Part shown: positions 1-11,835 of the stretch, piece by piece
How the letters are laid out: every line of letters begins with the position of its first letter
Position numbering within the stretch: position 1 is the first letter of the stretch
Notes under the pieces: generated by a model
The model's input: only the letters and a program-made list of their open reading frames with translations
Database searches by the model: none
Told to the model about the DNA's origin: nothing
Program-made: the position numbers and the translations under genes
Assembly: GCF_000315625.1 (NCBI RefSeq)
Contig: NW_005434673.1
Location: 458,270-522,269 of the forward strand
Direction: 5' to 3'
Origin: Guillardia theta CCMP2712
Lineage: Eukaryota > Protista > Cryptophyta
DNA: 64,000 nt

Positions 1-790
1 GCCGATGTTGTCTTTCTCGGCTTTGTTCTTCTCTTCTCTCTTCTGTGACCTGAAGTTGAGCTCTGCCTCCAGCACCTCTCTGAGTTTAAACTTATGCTCC
101 ACATATTCATCGAGCGTTGGGGCCCTCAGTTTGGCGGCAGGGATGAAATCAGGCCTTGATGCCATCATCTGCTGATGCTGCTTCAACGGTTCAGACGCGT
201 CTTTACCCCAACAGAAGAAGGACCATGAGATCTTTCAAGTGCGATTCAGAGTTGGTGAGTTTCAAGCAACGTAGAACTCCTTCCTTGCCATCTGTGACGT
301 AGTTTGCTCCGAGTTTGTGATCGTCCGCATAAGCGAACAGCCATGCATTACGCAGGTTACAAGCAGCTGCTTGCTCCTGTCAAGATATCAGGAGAAAGAC
401 GATGTTGCTCCACTTGCTCAGATGGTAAGAGGCGGCACCTGCTCTGCTTGAAAGTAACTTTTTACCTCAGCCCCGTCTGTATTGGAATCCGGGAAGCCCA
501 CAGGCTCCTTGGGTGACGTCAGAGTCTCGCAGCACCGCACGCTTATCGTCTTGAAGTCTCACTCACCTCGCTCAGGGGGATCTCCTCGCAGAACTCGTAC
601 AGGTCTCCTATCTTCACCTGCCAGAAGCTCAGGCAGTCCCCGATACCAACGGGTGGTAACCATGAGCTTGGCACGGCGATGACGCCAACCATTACCAATG
701 ATCATCCTCCTTGGCACAGGCTCCTTCAGACGTCACTTCCTCTCCTGCTCTGCTGCTTCCCCGCTCCCCTCCTGAGCAACCATGGCCAGT
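1..790 (-). CDS. Partial multi-exon hypothetical protein running off the left edge
   Basis: Minus-strand exon at 1-210 reads WGKDASEPLKQHQQMMASRPDFIPAAKLRAPTLDEYVEHKFKLREVLEAELNFRSQKREE; intron-like gaps upstream; 5' end uncertain; no family recognised. Confidence 0.4.
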
Positions 791-1036
791 CTTGATTGCT
801 CAGTCCATGAAGGATCCCAACAACGGGTCAAACTTGTCAACGGCAGGTCAAATGGCGTCTCGCTAAAAACTCTAAAAAATAGAGTAGGGTGGGGTAAATT
901 CAGTACGGGTTAATTTATAAATCCAGACAACAGGAAAGTATCGGGTAGGGTAGTCTTGACCTGAGGAATAGGTACATCAAAGAATGAAGGGAGCAGTGGG
1001 CATCCATGGCAGTGATCGAGCAGGACCAAGGAAGAT

Positions 1037-2748
1037 ATGCTGGCGCTTAGGGCAAGATGCATGTTTGATGCGTCTAGCGACAACTCTGATGTATCCTAGA
1101 AGCATGTTTGATGCGTCTGGCGACAACTCTGATGTATCCTAGAAGCATGTTTGATGCGTGTAGCGACAACTCTGATGTATCCTAGAAGCATTTTTGATGC
1201 GTCTAGCGACAACTCTGATGTATCCTAGAAGCATGTTTGATGCGTCTAGCGACAACTCTGATGTATCCTAGAAGCATGTTTGATGCGTCTGGCGACAACT
1301 CTGATGGTCATCGCTGAGATCTTTCTTTGCAGCTTCAAAGGATGTCGGCCGCCTTCGAACTTGCCCGCACCTCAGAGGAAGAGCGAATTCAGGACCTCTC
1401 CATTTCCAGCTCGATCAAGACCTTGCAGGGCCTGGTGCTGCAGCTCACCTCGCACCTGTGAGCATCGAGGTCTGACATCTTAGCAGACTTCCACGATCAT
1501 TCCGGAGGCGAAGAAGAAACAGGTCACAGCTCCTCAAGAGCCCTTCTTCGGAGTCGGACTTTCCGTGTCTCACAAGACTCTGGTGAGTGAAGGCGCAATG
1601 CTACGTGACTTGACGTTGTGTGCTCAGCAAGTTGAGGATGTCGTGCAAGGCTGGGCCTCTGCAAGCTGCGGGCTGATCTGCGTCGGCGACCGGCTGTTGT
1701 CTATCGATGGGAGGGAGGTCGAAGACATTGAAGATGTCAAACGACTCATACCCGGGAGGTTGATAGCAACCCTAGAGCACAACAAGATGTGAGCGCGTGT
1801 CAGGTTGGGAACGTATGTGATAGTTGAGCTCTCGCGCATCGAGGGGGAGTTGAACAAAACATTCAAGGTACTTTTCGGACGTGTCAGCTCCTAAGACTTG
1901 TTGACACCCATCCAGGTCGAACTGATGCGAGGGAATCCTACTTTTCTGGAGGTTTATGAGAAGCATGGGCAACTTCTTTATCAAAACGAGAAATTGTATG
2001 TGACTTGTTGTCTGCACGGGTTGACGAGGATGGGATTATCAGGACAGAAGACTTGGAAGACCTTGCGGTTCGGAGCTCGCAGGAGATCTCCGCGTTGAAG
2101 TCGGAGGTGACATGTGCTTGCCTGCGTCAACTTCCCTTGATCACTGCACGAGAAGATCGAGCGACTGCGATCAGAACTCCGTTCCAGTCAAGAAGCCCAA
2201 GGCCGAACCAGCCTTGCGTGCAAGTCCGCGATCGCTGAAATGGAGCCTCTACGGTAATGCGTTACTCGTGTCCGGGGCCCTGATGCTGGGATGGCTGACG
2301 TTGTGCGCCCAGCGATGAGGTCTGGAGAGTCTACGAGACCCTCGCGAGAACTCAAAGGGAGCACAACGAGCTGAGCAAGTCCATCGACAGTTACAAGAAA
2401 TGCCTTGAGTGCGCCCGGCACAGGGGGAGGGAGGACAAGCAGTTTGTGTACTACAACGAGATAGGAGAGATGCTGTTCCAGCTGGGAGACTACCTGGGGG
2501 CCATCGGCAGCCATTCACAAGCGGTGGACATAGCGAGACGGACAGCGATGGATAAGATTCAACTGACAGACTGTCGGCTGAAGATGGCGTTTAACTACAT
2601 GAGATTGAAGGAGTTCAAGACTGCCCAGGATCTGTTTGAAAGCTGCCGTGAGGATTACGTGATGCTGTATGGCGAAGACCATCCCAACGTGGTCACTACC
2701 AAAGAGCAGTTGGATCTCTCCATCAAGTCGCAGCCAAAAGAAGAATGA
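1037..2748 (+). CDS. PDZ domain, coiled-coil and C-terminal TPR-like protein (multi-exon)
   Basis: Exons give EPFFGVGLSV, VEDVVQGWASASCGLICVGDRLLSIDGREV (PDZ), and YYNEIGEMLFQLGDYLGAI...LYGEDHPNVVTT (kinesin-light-chain-type TPR); start may instead be the ATG at 1342. Confidence 0.75.
1059..1306. repeat. 43-bp minisatellite, about 5.8 copies (GCATGTTTGATGCGTCTAGCGACAACTCTGATGTATCCTAGAA)
   Basis: Units start at 1059, 1102, 1145, 1188, 1231, 1274; at most one substitution per copy; no spacers. Confidence 0.97.
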
Positions 2749-2992
2749 CTCAGTGTTGGTTCTGGGATTTTAACGTTTGATACAATACTCCTCGCTCTTT
2801 CTTTGAAGTTGTTTTCCAATTGCTGAGAAATCACCAGAATCGTGAGTGTTCTTGCACCCTTGTTACTTCACTGACACCGAACCATCGCCATCCTAAACTT
2901 TGATTCACGATTGTACGTAAAACCGAAGCACGATGGTAGCGTCAGTGGAGTTTTCTTCTACTTTGTGTTTTAGACTGCAATTCATTAGAGAT

Positions 2993-3170
2993 CTTCTAGA
3001 TTCCTTGCTCTCAACTTCTTCTTGTTTCCTTGCGCTCAACTTCTTCAAGATTCCTTGCTCTCAACTTCTTCTAGATTCCTTGCTCTCAACTTCTTCTAGT
3101 TTCCTTGCTGTCAACTTCTTCTTGTTTCCTTGCTGTCAACTTCTTCTTCTTGTTTCCTTGCTCTCAACTT
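2993..3170. repeat. 25-bp degenerate tandem repeat, about 7 copies (TTCCTTGCTCTCAACTTCTTCTAGA-like)
   Basis: TTCCTTGC recurs at 3001, 3026, 3051, 3076, 3101, 3126, 3154. Confidence 0.9.
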
Positions 3171-3483
3171 TCATCATCCTCTTCTCATTCAGATCACCTT
3201 CCCTCCCTTCCCTCTCGCCTCCTGTTCCTGCCGCTCCTTCCTCCCGTGGTTGGCACTGGAACCACCGGTAGGATCGCATGGACGAACAAGTAGGGGAGGA
3301 GGGTAGGGGATGTGCTCAATACCGTACCCTCTGTGATGCCTATCAAAAGATACTACCCTACGTATTTCCGGGATTTGTACCCTACTTTTCCCATGAGAGG
3401 GTTGGTGTCCGATGCAACCACCCCTAATATGTAGCTACCCTACCCTCTATCCCCCGTCTCGTCTCCGAAGCCGCTTGCCTGCC

Positions 3484-5064
3484 ATGTACGCGGCGTTTCC
3501 CCGCGGCTGGGAGAATGCGCAGATCTCCTCGTCTCAGCGCTCCTCCATGCAGTCGTCGCAGATGTCTCTCTCCCAGCACTCCTCTAGCTCCTCCCAGCTC
3601 TCTGCCCAGCTCTCTGCCCAGCTCTCTATGCATCGAGACTCCCGCGACTCCCGCAGCTCCCGCGACTCCCGAGGATCTCGCAGCTCGTCGGAAGGGATCA
3701 GGATCAGCGGAGCCAACGGTATCAGCTCACCTGCCACTATGCTCACATTCTGATGCAGCTGCGCAGAGATGGCTGGTGTTGGGATCTTCTTCCAGCAAGA
3801 GCCCATGTCCGGCAGGGTGTACGTCGCCAGCATCGTTGAGAATGGTTCCGCAGACAGGTCTTCATCCACGACCTTCAGTGGGACCTCTGAGTGATCTGAC
3901 TCAACAGGTCGGGAGTCATCAAGGTGAATGACGTCATCGTCAAGGTCGACGACGAGGACGTCCAGGGGCAACCGCTCTCCACTCTCAGGAACCTCATCCT
4001 CGGCAGGCAGGGTACCTACGTCGTTCTTGCGTTTCGCAGGATGACAGGGACAGAGCTGTACTACTACGATGTTGAGCTGGTGAAGAAGCGAGCGAGCGAG
4101 CGATGAGAGCTGCTTGACTTGATCTTCAAGGTGAGGGGAACCCCGGAGTACTTCGAATCTTTGAAGAAGAGCCAAGCTGTGGCAGAAGAGAAGGAAAAGT
4201 TGCTGGTGCAGGTCTGTGAAACTTTGGGAGATGATGCATGGAGAGCTGAACTGATTGTGATGGTCGTACAGGTCAGACAACAAGAGCAAGACATCATCGC
4301 CTTGCGCCATCAAAACACTCAGATGCAGCGAGGGTCTGATATCAGCGAATTAGATAGTCTGAAGCGGGCGATCGCACAGAAAGATGAGGTGTAGGAGTTG
4401 AGGATTGATTCATTCGATCGCTTATGTTTGTGCAGGAAATCAAAGGATATAACGAGGCCATTAGCAAACTCTCAAAGCCTGCGGCTTCCATGTCTCCGAC
4501 AGCAGCAGAAAACAGCTTCTCGACCTCGAGCATGCGATTGGAGAAGGAGCGGTTGAAAGAAGATCTCGTGCAACTCACGAGAAAGCTGGAGATTTTGAAA
4601 CAAAGGTGAGGCCCTCATTGCTTCCAACCCCTTGTTGAGTATCAGCCTGCTAGATATGATGAGACTGTGAAGCAAAATCGGGAAGAGGGCAAAATGATGC
4701 AAGCTTCGATCGAAGGCGAGATAACTGCAGCAAACTCGTTTTCACACAGCCTCGACAACGAGAATGACATGCTGTCAAAGATCAGGGAGGAGCGGAATGC
4801 GGTTCGTGCACTACTAGTGCATCCCTGCTGCGATCTCAGTTGAATCCCGTCCCACAGATCAGCCTGCACGCGTTCACTAAGGCAAAAGAAGGTTGTGTGC
4901 TGTTGAAAGAAGCAGAGAGCAACAGTCAGAATGTAGTTCATACTCTCCAGGCGAGCTGTTGTATCCGTTGAAATCGCAATGACACTGCAACAGGAAGCTC
5001 TTTCTAGCCTTGACATGATCTACGCACAAGTATTCGCATCCCTGGGACGTGATGGTATCAAGTG
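3484..5064 (+). CDS. PDZ domain and coiled-coil protein with Ser-rich N-terminus (multi-exon)
   Basis: AGVGIFFQQEPMSGRVYVASIVENGSADR / GVIKVNDVIVKVDDEDVQGQPLSTLRNLILGRQGTYVVLAFRR is a PDZ domain; E/K/Q-rich exons follow. Confidence 0.8.
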
Positions 5065-5351
5065 ATCAGACGAGAATGGTTTGCTGGGTAATATTGCCAT
5101 CTAATATGTGTAATGCACACTTGACCCTCTCACTCTCTACAGAAAGAATGTCAACATCATTCGTTTAAGTTGAATGTTGCTCCGAGTTTAGCTGAGTCGT
5201 GATGAAAGATACCGATGCAGCAATCACATGCATGAATACTATGTCAACATTGGCGAGCAAAGTTCCCTGTCATTAATTACATGTGATAAAAAAGAAAAGC
5301 CAGGACGGTATGATACATTTATTTTACACTCCACAAGAAACACAATCTCTG

Positions 5352-7700
5352 TCACAGCACAGATAAATATCGATTCTTCTTCGACTTGTGCGTCTTCGTG
5401 CCGTTTGCATTTGCTGCATGTGAATAGTCAGCATCAATCGGTGAGTCGAAGGGTTTGCAACCTTGGCTTCGGAACATCTTGAGGGGTTCTGTTCGCCGCC
5501 CTAAGAAACAAGAGTGAGGAGGGAGGCGAGCGAGCAGGGCTTGACCGGGTTGAACGGCAGGAATATGAAACTGAGCGAGGCTGCTCCCGTTGAGAGAAGA
5601 GCCCCTGCTAGAAAGGTTAGGGGCCAACCACTGGACTATCTGGCGAGACCTCAAGTTATGGATGGGAGGAGCCGAAGTCGATCTGGCATCAGGTTGAACT
5701 CCAGCAGTGATGGTGCCCTGTGGAAATCTTGAGAGGATCTCTGAGAGAAGTTCGATAGAGTTACCCGTGAGTACTGATTGTTCCAAATGTTCCTAACGTC
5801 TTCATCGTCGTCCGGCAGAAGAAAACTTGGATCTGTCTGCTCCATCTGCTTCCAGGACAACGAGCTGTCCTGAGGTGTAAGCTCGTCCTTGCTTTGAGAC
5901 TGGAAGCTCATCTCGCCATGCGCTGCTCCCCTTCGTCCTTGCATGTTCCCCCTTCCATCCTGGGCCAACCTCCGCTTGTCTACAGCTGGAAAGACATGCG
6001 GATTGCTGTGCTCAGGCGTGATGGAGCTCTTTGCGTGCATCGCTCGCTTCTTCCACGTCTCTGTCAGGCGGGTAGCATTCTGTACCTTAGAGTGCAGAGA
6101 CTCTATCTCCTGGTGGGGGCAAGTGAGTGCGAGAGGTGGGGTTCAACCACGAGGACGGCACAAACCGATTCGAGGGTGAGATTCTTGTCTCTCAGCCTGT
6201 CGGTCTCTTGCGACTTCTTCCGGTACATGTCCCTGGAGACACTGTCACGCGATGATCTCTTCACAGAGCCGACAAGTTGAGAATGGCAGCCACCTTTCAG
6301 TCTTTGCGTCCTTGAGATTCTGAAGCAACGTCAGGCTGGTACGCAAAAGAGATGGTTCACCTGGTCTAAACTGGCGCATCTTTCCCTGCTCTCGAGCAAT
6401 TCTCTCTTCACCTGCAGAAAACGATGACAAAACTCAATGGTCAAGCTGCTGCGGTTGACACCTGAAGAAGTTCTTTCGTCTGAAACTCCAAAGTCTGCAA
6501 CGGTACCGTAAGAAACGTGCGGTCCAAGAAACATGGTTGCACTTTCCTGCTGTGCCAGTCCATACTCCAGCTTGACCTTGCTATGCTGCAGCTCCAGCTT
6601 CATTCCGTTTGTCAGTGTCGTCTACACAATCTCAACACATGCACTCACTTGTTCGAACCTGTCCATCAGCACAGATATGTGCTGCTGTCGTTCTTCTTGC
6701 TCACGAATATTGTTGCTGGGAGGAACATGACGATCAAAAGAGCCAACAAAGCTGAACCGTATCAGATCACCTCCCCGCCGCTTGATTCTTCTTCACGTCA
6801 TCTGACCCAGCGTTCTGCAAGCGCACAGTGACCATTCTATCAGGACCGATCGTCCTCTCTACCTCCGCAGACAGTTGCCCAGTGACATCTTGCAATCGTT
6901 GTCGGAATTCTTTTTGCAGTTTGATCTTGTGTTCAATCAGACTCTCCTTCGTCGAAGGGTGAGGAAACTGTTTGACATGAAACTAAGAGGTACCTTGAGA
7001 TTCTCCATCTCCTCCCTGTGCCGAAGATCCTTTGACTTCATCTCGTCGTGTACCCTCGACACTTCTTCTTTGAGAACTTTGTTCTGCTCCTCTACCACTG
7101 CATAGACTGCAAGCTGGTCTTTCATTCTCTTGTTCTCTAGGATCATCGTCGTGGCCTGGTAGTCCATCTCTGCTCTCATACTGATGGACTCGTCGAACAC
7201 AATGCCCAACTCGCGCTCATGTGCATTGTTTTCAAACAATACCTGCAGGTAGTCACGGAAACAACACAGTCGGGAGCAAGCAGCCTTACTTGCCGCTTGA
7301 GCTCCTCCAGCTCTTTGTGCGCCTGCTGAAGAGTCGCAGTCAGCTGCTCCACTCTAACCTGCAGCTTCTCCTGCTCGCAGACGGGTCAGCAATTCAGTCA
7401 GAGGTTGGTTCGCAGCACCTTCTCTTCCCGCTCATGCACTATGATGTCCACCAGGATGTTGCTGGGATGTGCTTTCAAATCTTCCCCCTCCATATTTATG
7501 GTGATGGCCGCGATGCAGCTAGATCGACAACTCGTTCGCCACCCTTTTCAAAGATCGCCGCCTTCCGCATTCACCACCATCCTCAACATCTGCTGAACAC
7601 GAACAAGGAGCCTCCACCATCATGGTCCCTCAAAATCATCTGCGTGCATGGCGTCTCAACCCACCGTGACCTCTCGTCCTCGCGTTAAACGCTCGCTGCC
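5352..7700 (-). CDS. Multi-exon coiled-coil hypothetical protein
   Basis: Heptad-rich exons, e.g. 6937-7239 RAEMDYQATTMILENKRMKDQLAVYAVVEEQNKVLKEEVSRVHDEMKSK, separated by short introns; ends approximate. Confidence 0.55.
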
Positions 7701-7808
7701 TTCGTTTCCAACACAGCCATTGCTCCAACGGATCTCCACCGACCCGCCTCACTGAAATATCAGAGACAGCAAATGGATAAATAGCAGGTCCGTCACTTGA
7801 AAACAAAC

Positions 7809-9095
7809 GACGAACGCACCGCTTCGGATTGTTGCTGTGGGACTTTATGAAGCATTTTCATCTTTTATCGAAGAACATTTATGTGCACCCCACCCTCCTC
7901 CTTTTTCCCTACCTCACCGGTACACAGTGAGAAGAAGACAACGATTCGCATTGTTGCTGGTGCGGTTTCACGCATGTCGATCACCGCGTTGCCCTGCAAG
8001 TTCACTCGGAACGGCGACGGTCACCTGTGGTACTTTCAAGGCGCAACAATCCGAAGCGTTGCAGTACTAACAGGTGGTAAGATCTGCCGCAGGGTGTTGA
8101 ACCCGCAGGCTGATATCATTGATCTTGTGCCGTTCTCCTCCCACACGGTCACCTTCGAGCTCATCAAGCCTTGTCCCCAGCCACCTCCCTGTTGCGAAAC
8201 TTGCCAGGACTCCTCGCCATGGGTTCCGACTCTCGGACTCACTCCTACTGTCATGAGGTGTCACGTACGGTATCAAATACATGACCGACTCATCATGCGG
8301 GACTTTGATCAGGTTGCTGCAGGACTTTTGTAATCCGATAAAGTTCATCGATATTGTCCCACGCATGAGGGACTTTCATGAAGCAACAATTCCAATCGTT
8401 GCGTTTCGGACGTGAAACAGCTTAAAACGGTGCCGTGCAAGATTTGCTGTGAACGCGGTTGAGAATGTTTGTTGCTCTATTGTTTTGAAGCATCTTGTAC
8501 TCTTATGATGATGAATCATTTGATGTTTTCCTGTATCAGTCTTCGTATGCTAAGTCGCCTTGACGAAAATCCAGGATGATAGTAGGTTGCAACGGTCGTG
8601 AGGTGCAGCCGCAGTCGCGATCAGATGCTTGAAGTTCGCAGCCTGAAGGACCGGTCAACATCGTACTGAAGGTTAGAAGAAACAAGGGACAGCATGATAC
8701 TCAGTAGCTCACTTGCAGTCTCCTTGCTCAGCCATCCTCGTCGACCACACGCTGAGCGCCATGAAACATCAGCACTCTACTGGCCGCAACTGTGCTTTGC
8801 CAGCTTCACCAAGGTACCCCACCCTCCAAATCTCCATTCATATCACCCGTGTGTAGCAGAATTTGACGAACGCAACGTTTCGGATTGTTGCTGTGGGACT
8901 TTTATTGGGAGGGACTTCGTTTTCCAGCGAACATTTTGTCTCTACCCCTACCCTCATAATTGTCATCTTATGTACCGGTATTGAATTGACAATGAGACAA
9001 CGTTTCGCATTGTTGCTATCGTTGGATCTCTGGTGGTCAAGGACATTGAGGGACATTTGTTGGTCCTGCACTGCAGCAACAATCTGAAGCGTTGC
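7809..9095. repeat. Cluster of seven 20-bp quasi-palindromic sites (consensus RCAACGHTTCGGATTGTTGC) in two diverged modules
   Basis: Copies at 7816(+), 7938(+), 8043(-), 8383(-), 8872(+), 8997(+), 9076(-). Confidence 0.85.
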
Positions 9096-10174
9096 CATTT
9101 AGACACATCAACACTTCCACCGCGCGGAGATCACTCACTCTGCCGGCCCGGCCTGGCACTGCGGCAACGCCCGGCCCGCCGATCATCATACTCGGCCCGG
9201 CCGGGCCGGGCGGTGTTTTTAACTTCAATTCAGTGCTACTCAGTACTTGCCGCTTAACTTGATGTACGGTAGTAGGCTACTTTCAACAGTGACGCGGGGT
9301 AGCCCGGGCCCAGGCTGAGGTGACCGTCACGTAGTCACGTAGTGCCACGGTGGTGACCCGGTACGGTAGCGGCGAACCCGCCCCGGCGTTGAACCGTGGC
9401 CGCCGCGCACCGTCACTGACCGTACCGTACCGGACTCCTCACGAGTCACGCCGCCGCGGCCGGCCGCCCAGTGCCAGTGCCGTGCCACGGTGCCGCAGTG
9501 CGGCAGTCACTGGCATCCGCCGTCCGACCGTCACCCGTCGGATCAGCCGCTCAGACTGAGCTGTCGGTAACGGCAACTTGCGTTGCATTCTGAACCGGCT
9601 TAGTATCCGCTGACTTCGGACGCGGGCGTAAAGACGATATCAAACTTCAAACCGGGAGTGCAGGCGGGCCTGACCGTCCCGGACAGCCCCAGCCTGATCC
9701 ACTCAGGTGACTCAGTCGGCCAGCACTTTGACTCAGACGGTGACTCAGCCGAGTCAGTAAGAGGCTGAGAAGCGACGAAACCGTCAAGGCGTGGAAAATG
9801 CGAGTCGGAAGTGCGCTGTCACTGATGCGGGGAGCAAAGCCTGGCCCGGATATAACTGCGGCAGTGCCAGGGTCGGGGTGCATCATCAGTTCAGCGCCGA
9901 GCTCAGCCGTCAGGTCCTGTATCTGACACGTCCTGGACTGTCAGAGGAGCACGGTCAGCTGCTTGAACGCGCATCAGAGGAGGCATGAAGAGGGGGACCG
10001 GGACCCAGTCGGCCCATGCTTGAAGACATGAGGGGGGAGGAGAGCGATGGGAGCGAGCAGGAGGAACTTGAGTGACTTACCGACAGCAAGAGGAAGAAGG
10101 TCGTGATCGGAGTACCCAGCTTGTGCGCCTGATGGGATAGCAAGAAAACAGCGACTCAAATGGAACAAGAACAC

Positions 10175-11584
10175 TTAGTGATGTCGAGGACCGTCAGAGT
10201 GAGTCCCGCAGAACTCTAGATGGTACGACGCGAAGTAGAGCAGCAGCGCTCCAACGCATGTCCACTGGCCCACGGCTCCGTATGATATCTGCGGACTATA
10301 CTTGAGCCCGGAGGGAGGGAGGGAGGGAGGGAGGGAGGGGAGGACTGGACCTCTTCAACGGTTTTCTTGGGACCTGTCAGTTAACATCGTCAGCATCTTC
10401 CCGCAGCCAGGAGCGGGTCAAGGTGCTTCACCAACTGAGGAGGCTGGGTGAGGAATGAAAGCAAGGAAGAACGGGGCGAGCATAAGGAACGTCAAGACCA
10501 ACTTCAGTCTGCTACATCTCGTCAGTTGTAGCCATCCTCCTTCCATCCCTGCTCGCCTCTTTGAGAAAGTCGAGGAGGGGAGGGCATGGGAGCGGAAGAG
10601 CAGGATGTCCATCGTGATACAGTGAGCATAACCTGCCAGTGAGCATAAGATGCGTTTCAATATCAGCTCCAGCAGTACCAGCCAAGAACAGCACCAACGC
10701 TCCAGTCTGATGTATCATACTCTGCGCTCCAACCGGTTGAGAGATCTGCAGGGTACAAACATTCGGCATCACCTGCGCTCTTAGCTCTGCCTCCCTCTTG
10801 ATGACATCGAAGATGTTCGATTGCAGAGGGATGGTCGCCTGCAAGACTCACCGTCATCTCCTCTCCTCGCTCTGCTGACTGCATCGAGCATGTACTTGCA
10901 CTATCAGACCCATTGCTGTGCAACGAGAGCGTAAGCCCTGCTCACCTCTCCCCACCAGCATCATCACCTGCAATGAGGGAGAAGTAGTAGGAGATCTTAG
11001 CCAGACTAGACAGCATGTGAGTGAGCGCTCTTGTTCATCCATCTTTGCTCGTCATACCACTGGAGGTGTGATTCTGCCCGCCACAGGAAGGTGTCCTTGG
11101 CATACCTATCAAGTCTTCTCAGATGCTGCGTCGATCGCAACACCAAGATCACTTGGCTGAAACACAAATTCCTATGCTGGTCAGCCTGCGCAAGTTCGCT
11201 ATGTCAAGAGTACAGGCTCGACTGACACCCATCACCAGAATCCTGCGAGGTATAGCCATCTTTCCGGAGCTAGCGCGCCATTGAGAGATATGAATGGAAG
11301 CCACATGCCTCATACACAGGGTCAGCACCTTGTCGAGAGAGGAGGGGGCGCGAGGGCTCCACCTTCAGGAATGTGATTGTTCAGCACAGCCAGCGCGTAT
11401 GTTCCAAATAGCGTGACTAGTCCACAGACCAGCGACTGCGAGCGAGCATGGAGTCACTTCCACCATCGTCGCCGCATGCATGGAAGGAACCACTGAAGGA
11501 GCGAACTTGCCGTATCTTCTCACAAACCTGCTGCATGTCAGCGCGAAATCAGTCATTGTCGTCCGCCTACATGTTGAGGTGCAT
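10175..11584 (-). CDS. Frag1/DRAM/Sfk1 (TMEM150-like) multi-pass membrane protein
   Basis: Spliced exons: LVCGLVTLFGTYALAVLNNHIPEGMWLPFISLNGALAPERWLYLAGF (LPxISxxGxxxPE motif), SMIHQTGALVLFLAG (HxxGAxxxF), GAVGQWTCVGALLLYFASYHLEF; start approximate. Confidence 0.8.
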
Positions 11585-11835
11585 TTCCTTGCGCCCTTTA
11601 TAATCCCAAGTGGGTAGGGTTTCAAGAAACAGGGGTACTTTGAAGTTAGGATATGGGGTTTAAATGTGAGGGGGGTGGTACATTCGGAGGGTGGGGTCCA
11701 ATTGAAATTTCGTTCTTTCTGTGGAATGTTGTGGCGGCATGAGGAAAGTGGAAGGAAGGAGGAGGAGGAGAGGGGGAGGGGGAGGGTGAGAGAGGCAGCA
11801 AGCTATCGCATCTCCTAAACACCGAGCTAAAAACG

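Noticed and set aside
1059-1306. CRISPR-like array
   Set aside because: Units are contiguous with no unique spacers and there are no cas genes; it is a minisatellite
2933-3293. Hydrophobic ORFs over the 25-bp repeat
   Set aside because: The unit length is not a multiple of three, so these are repeat artefacts
7881-8333. 150-aa ORF as a real gene
   Set aside because: No recognisable motif; it overlaps the repeat sites and the homologous second module does not keep an equivalent ORF
7816-9095. CRISPR or integron attC array
   Set aside because: Mixed orientation, irregular spacing of about 60-470 bp, no cas or integrase gene, eukaryotic context
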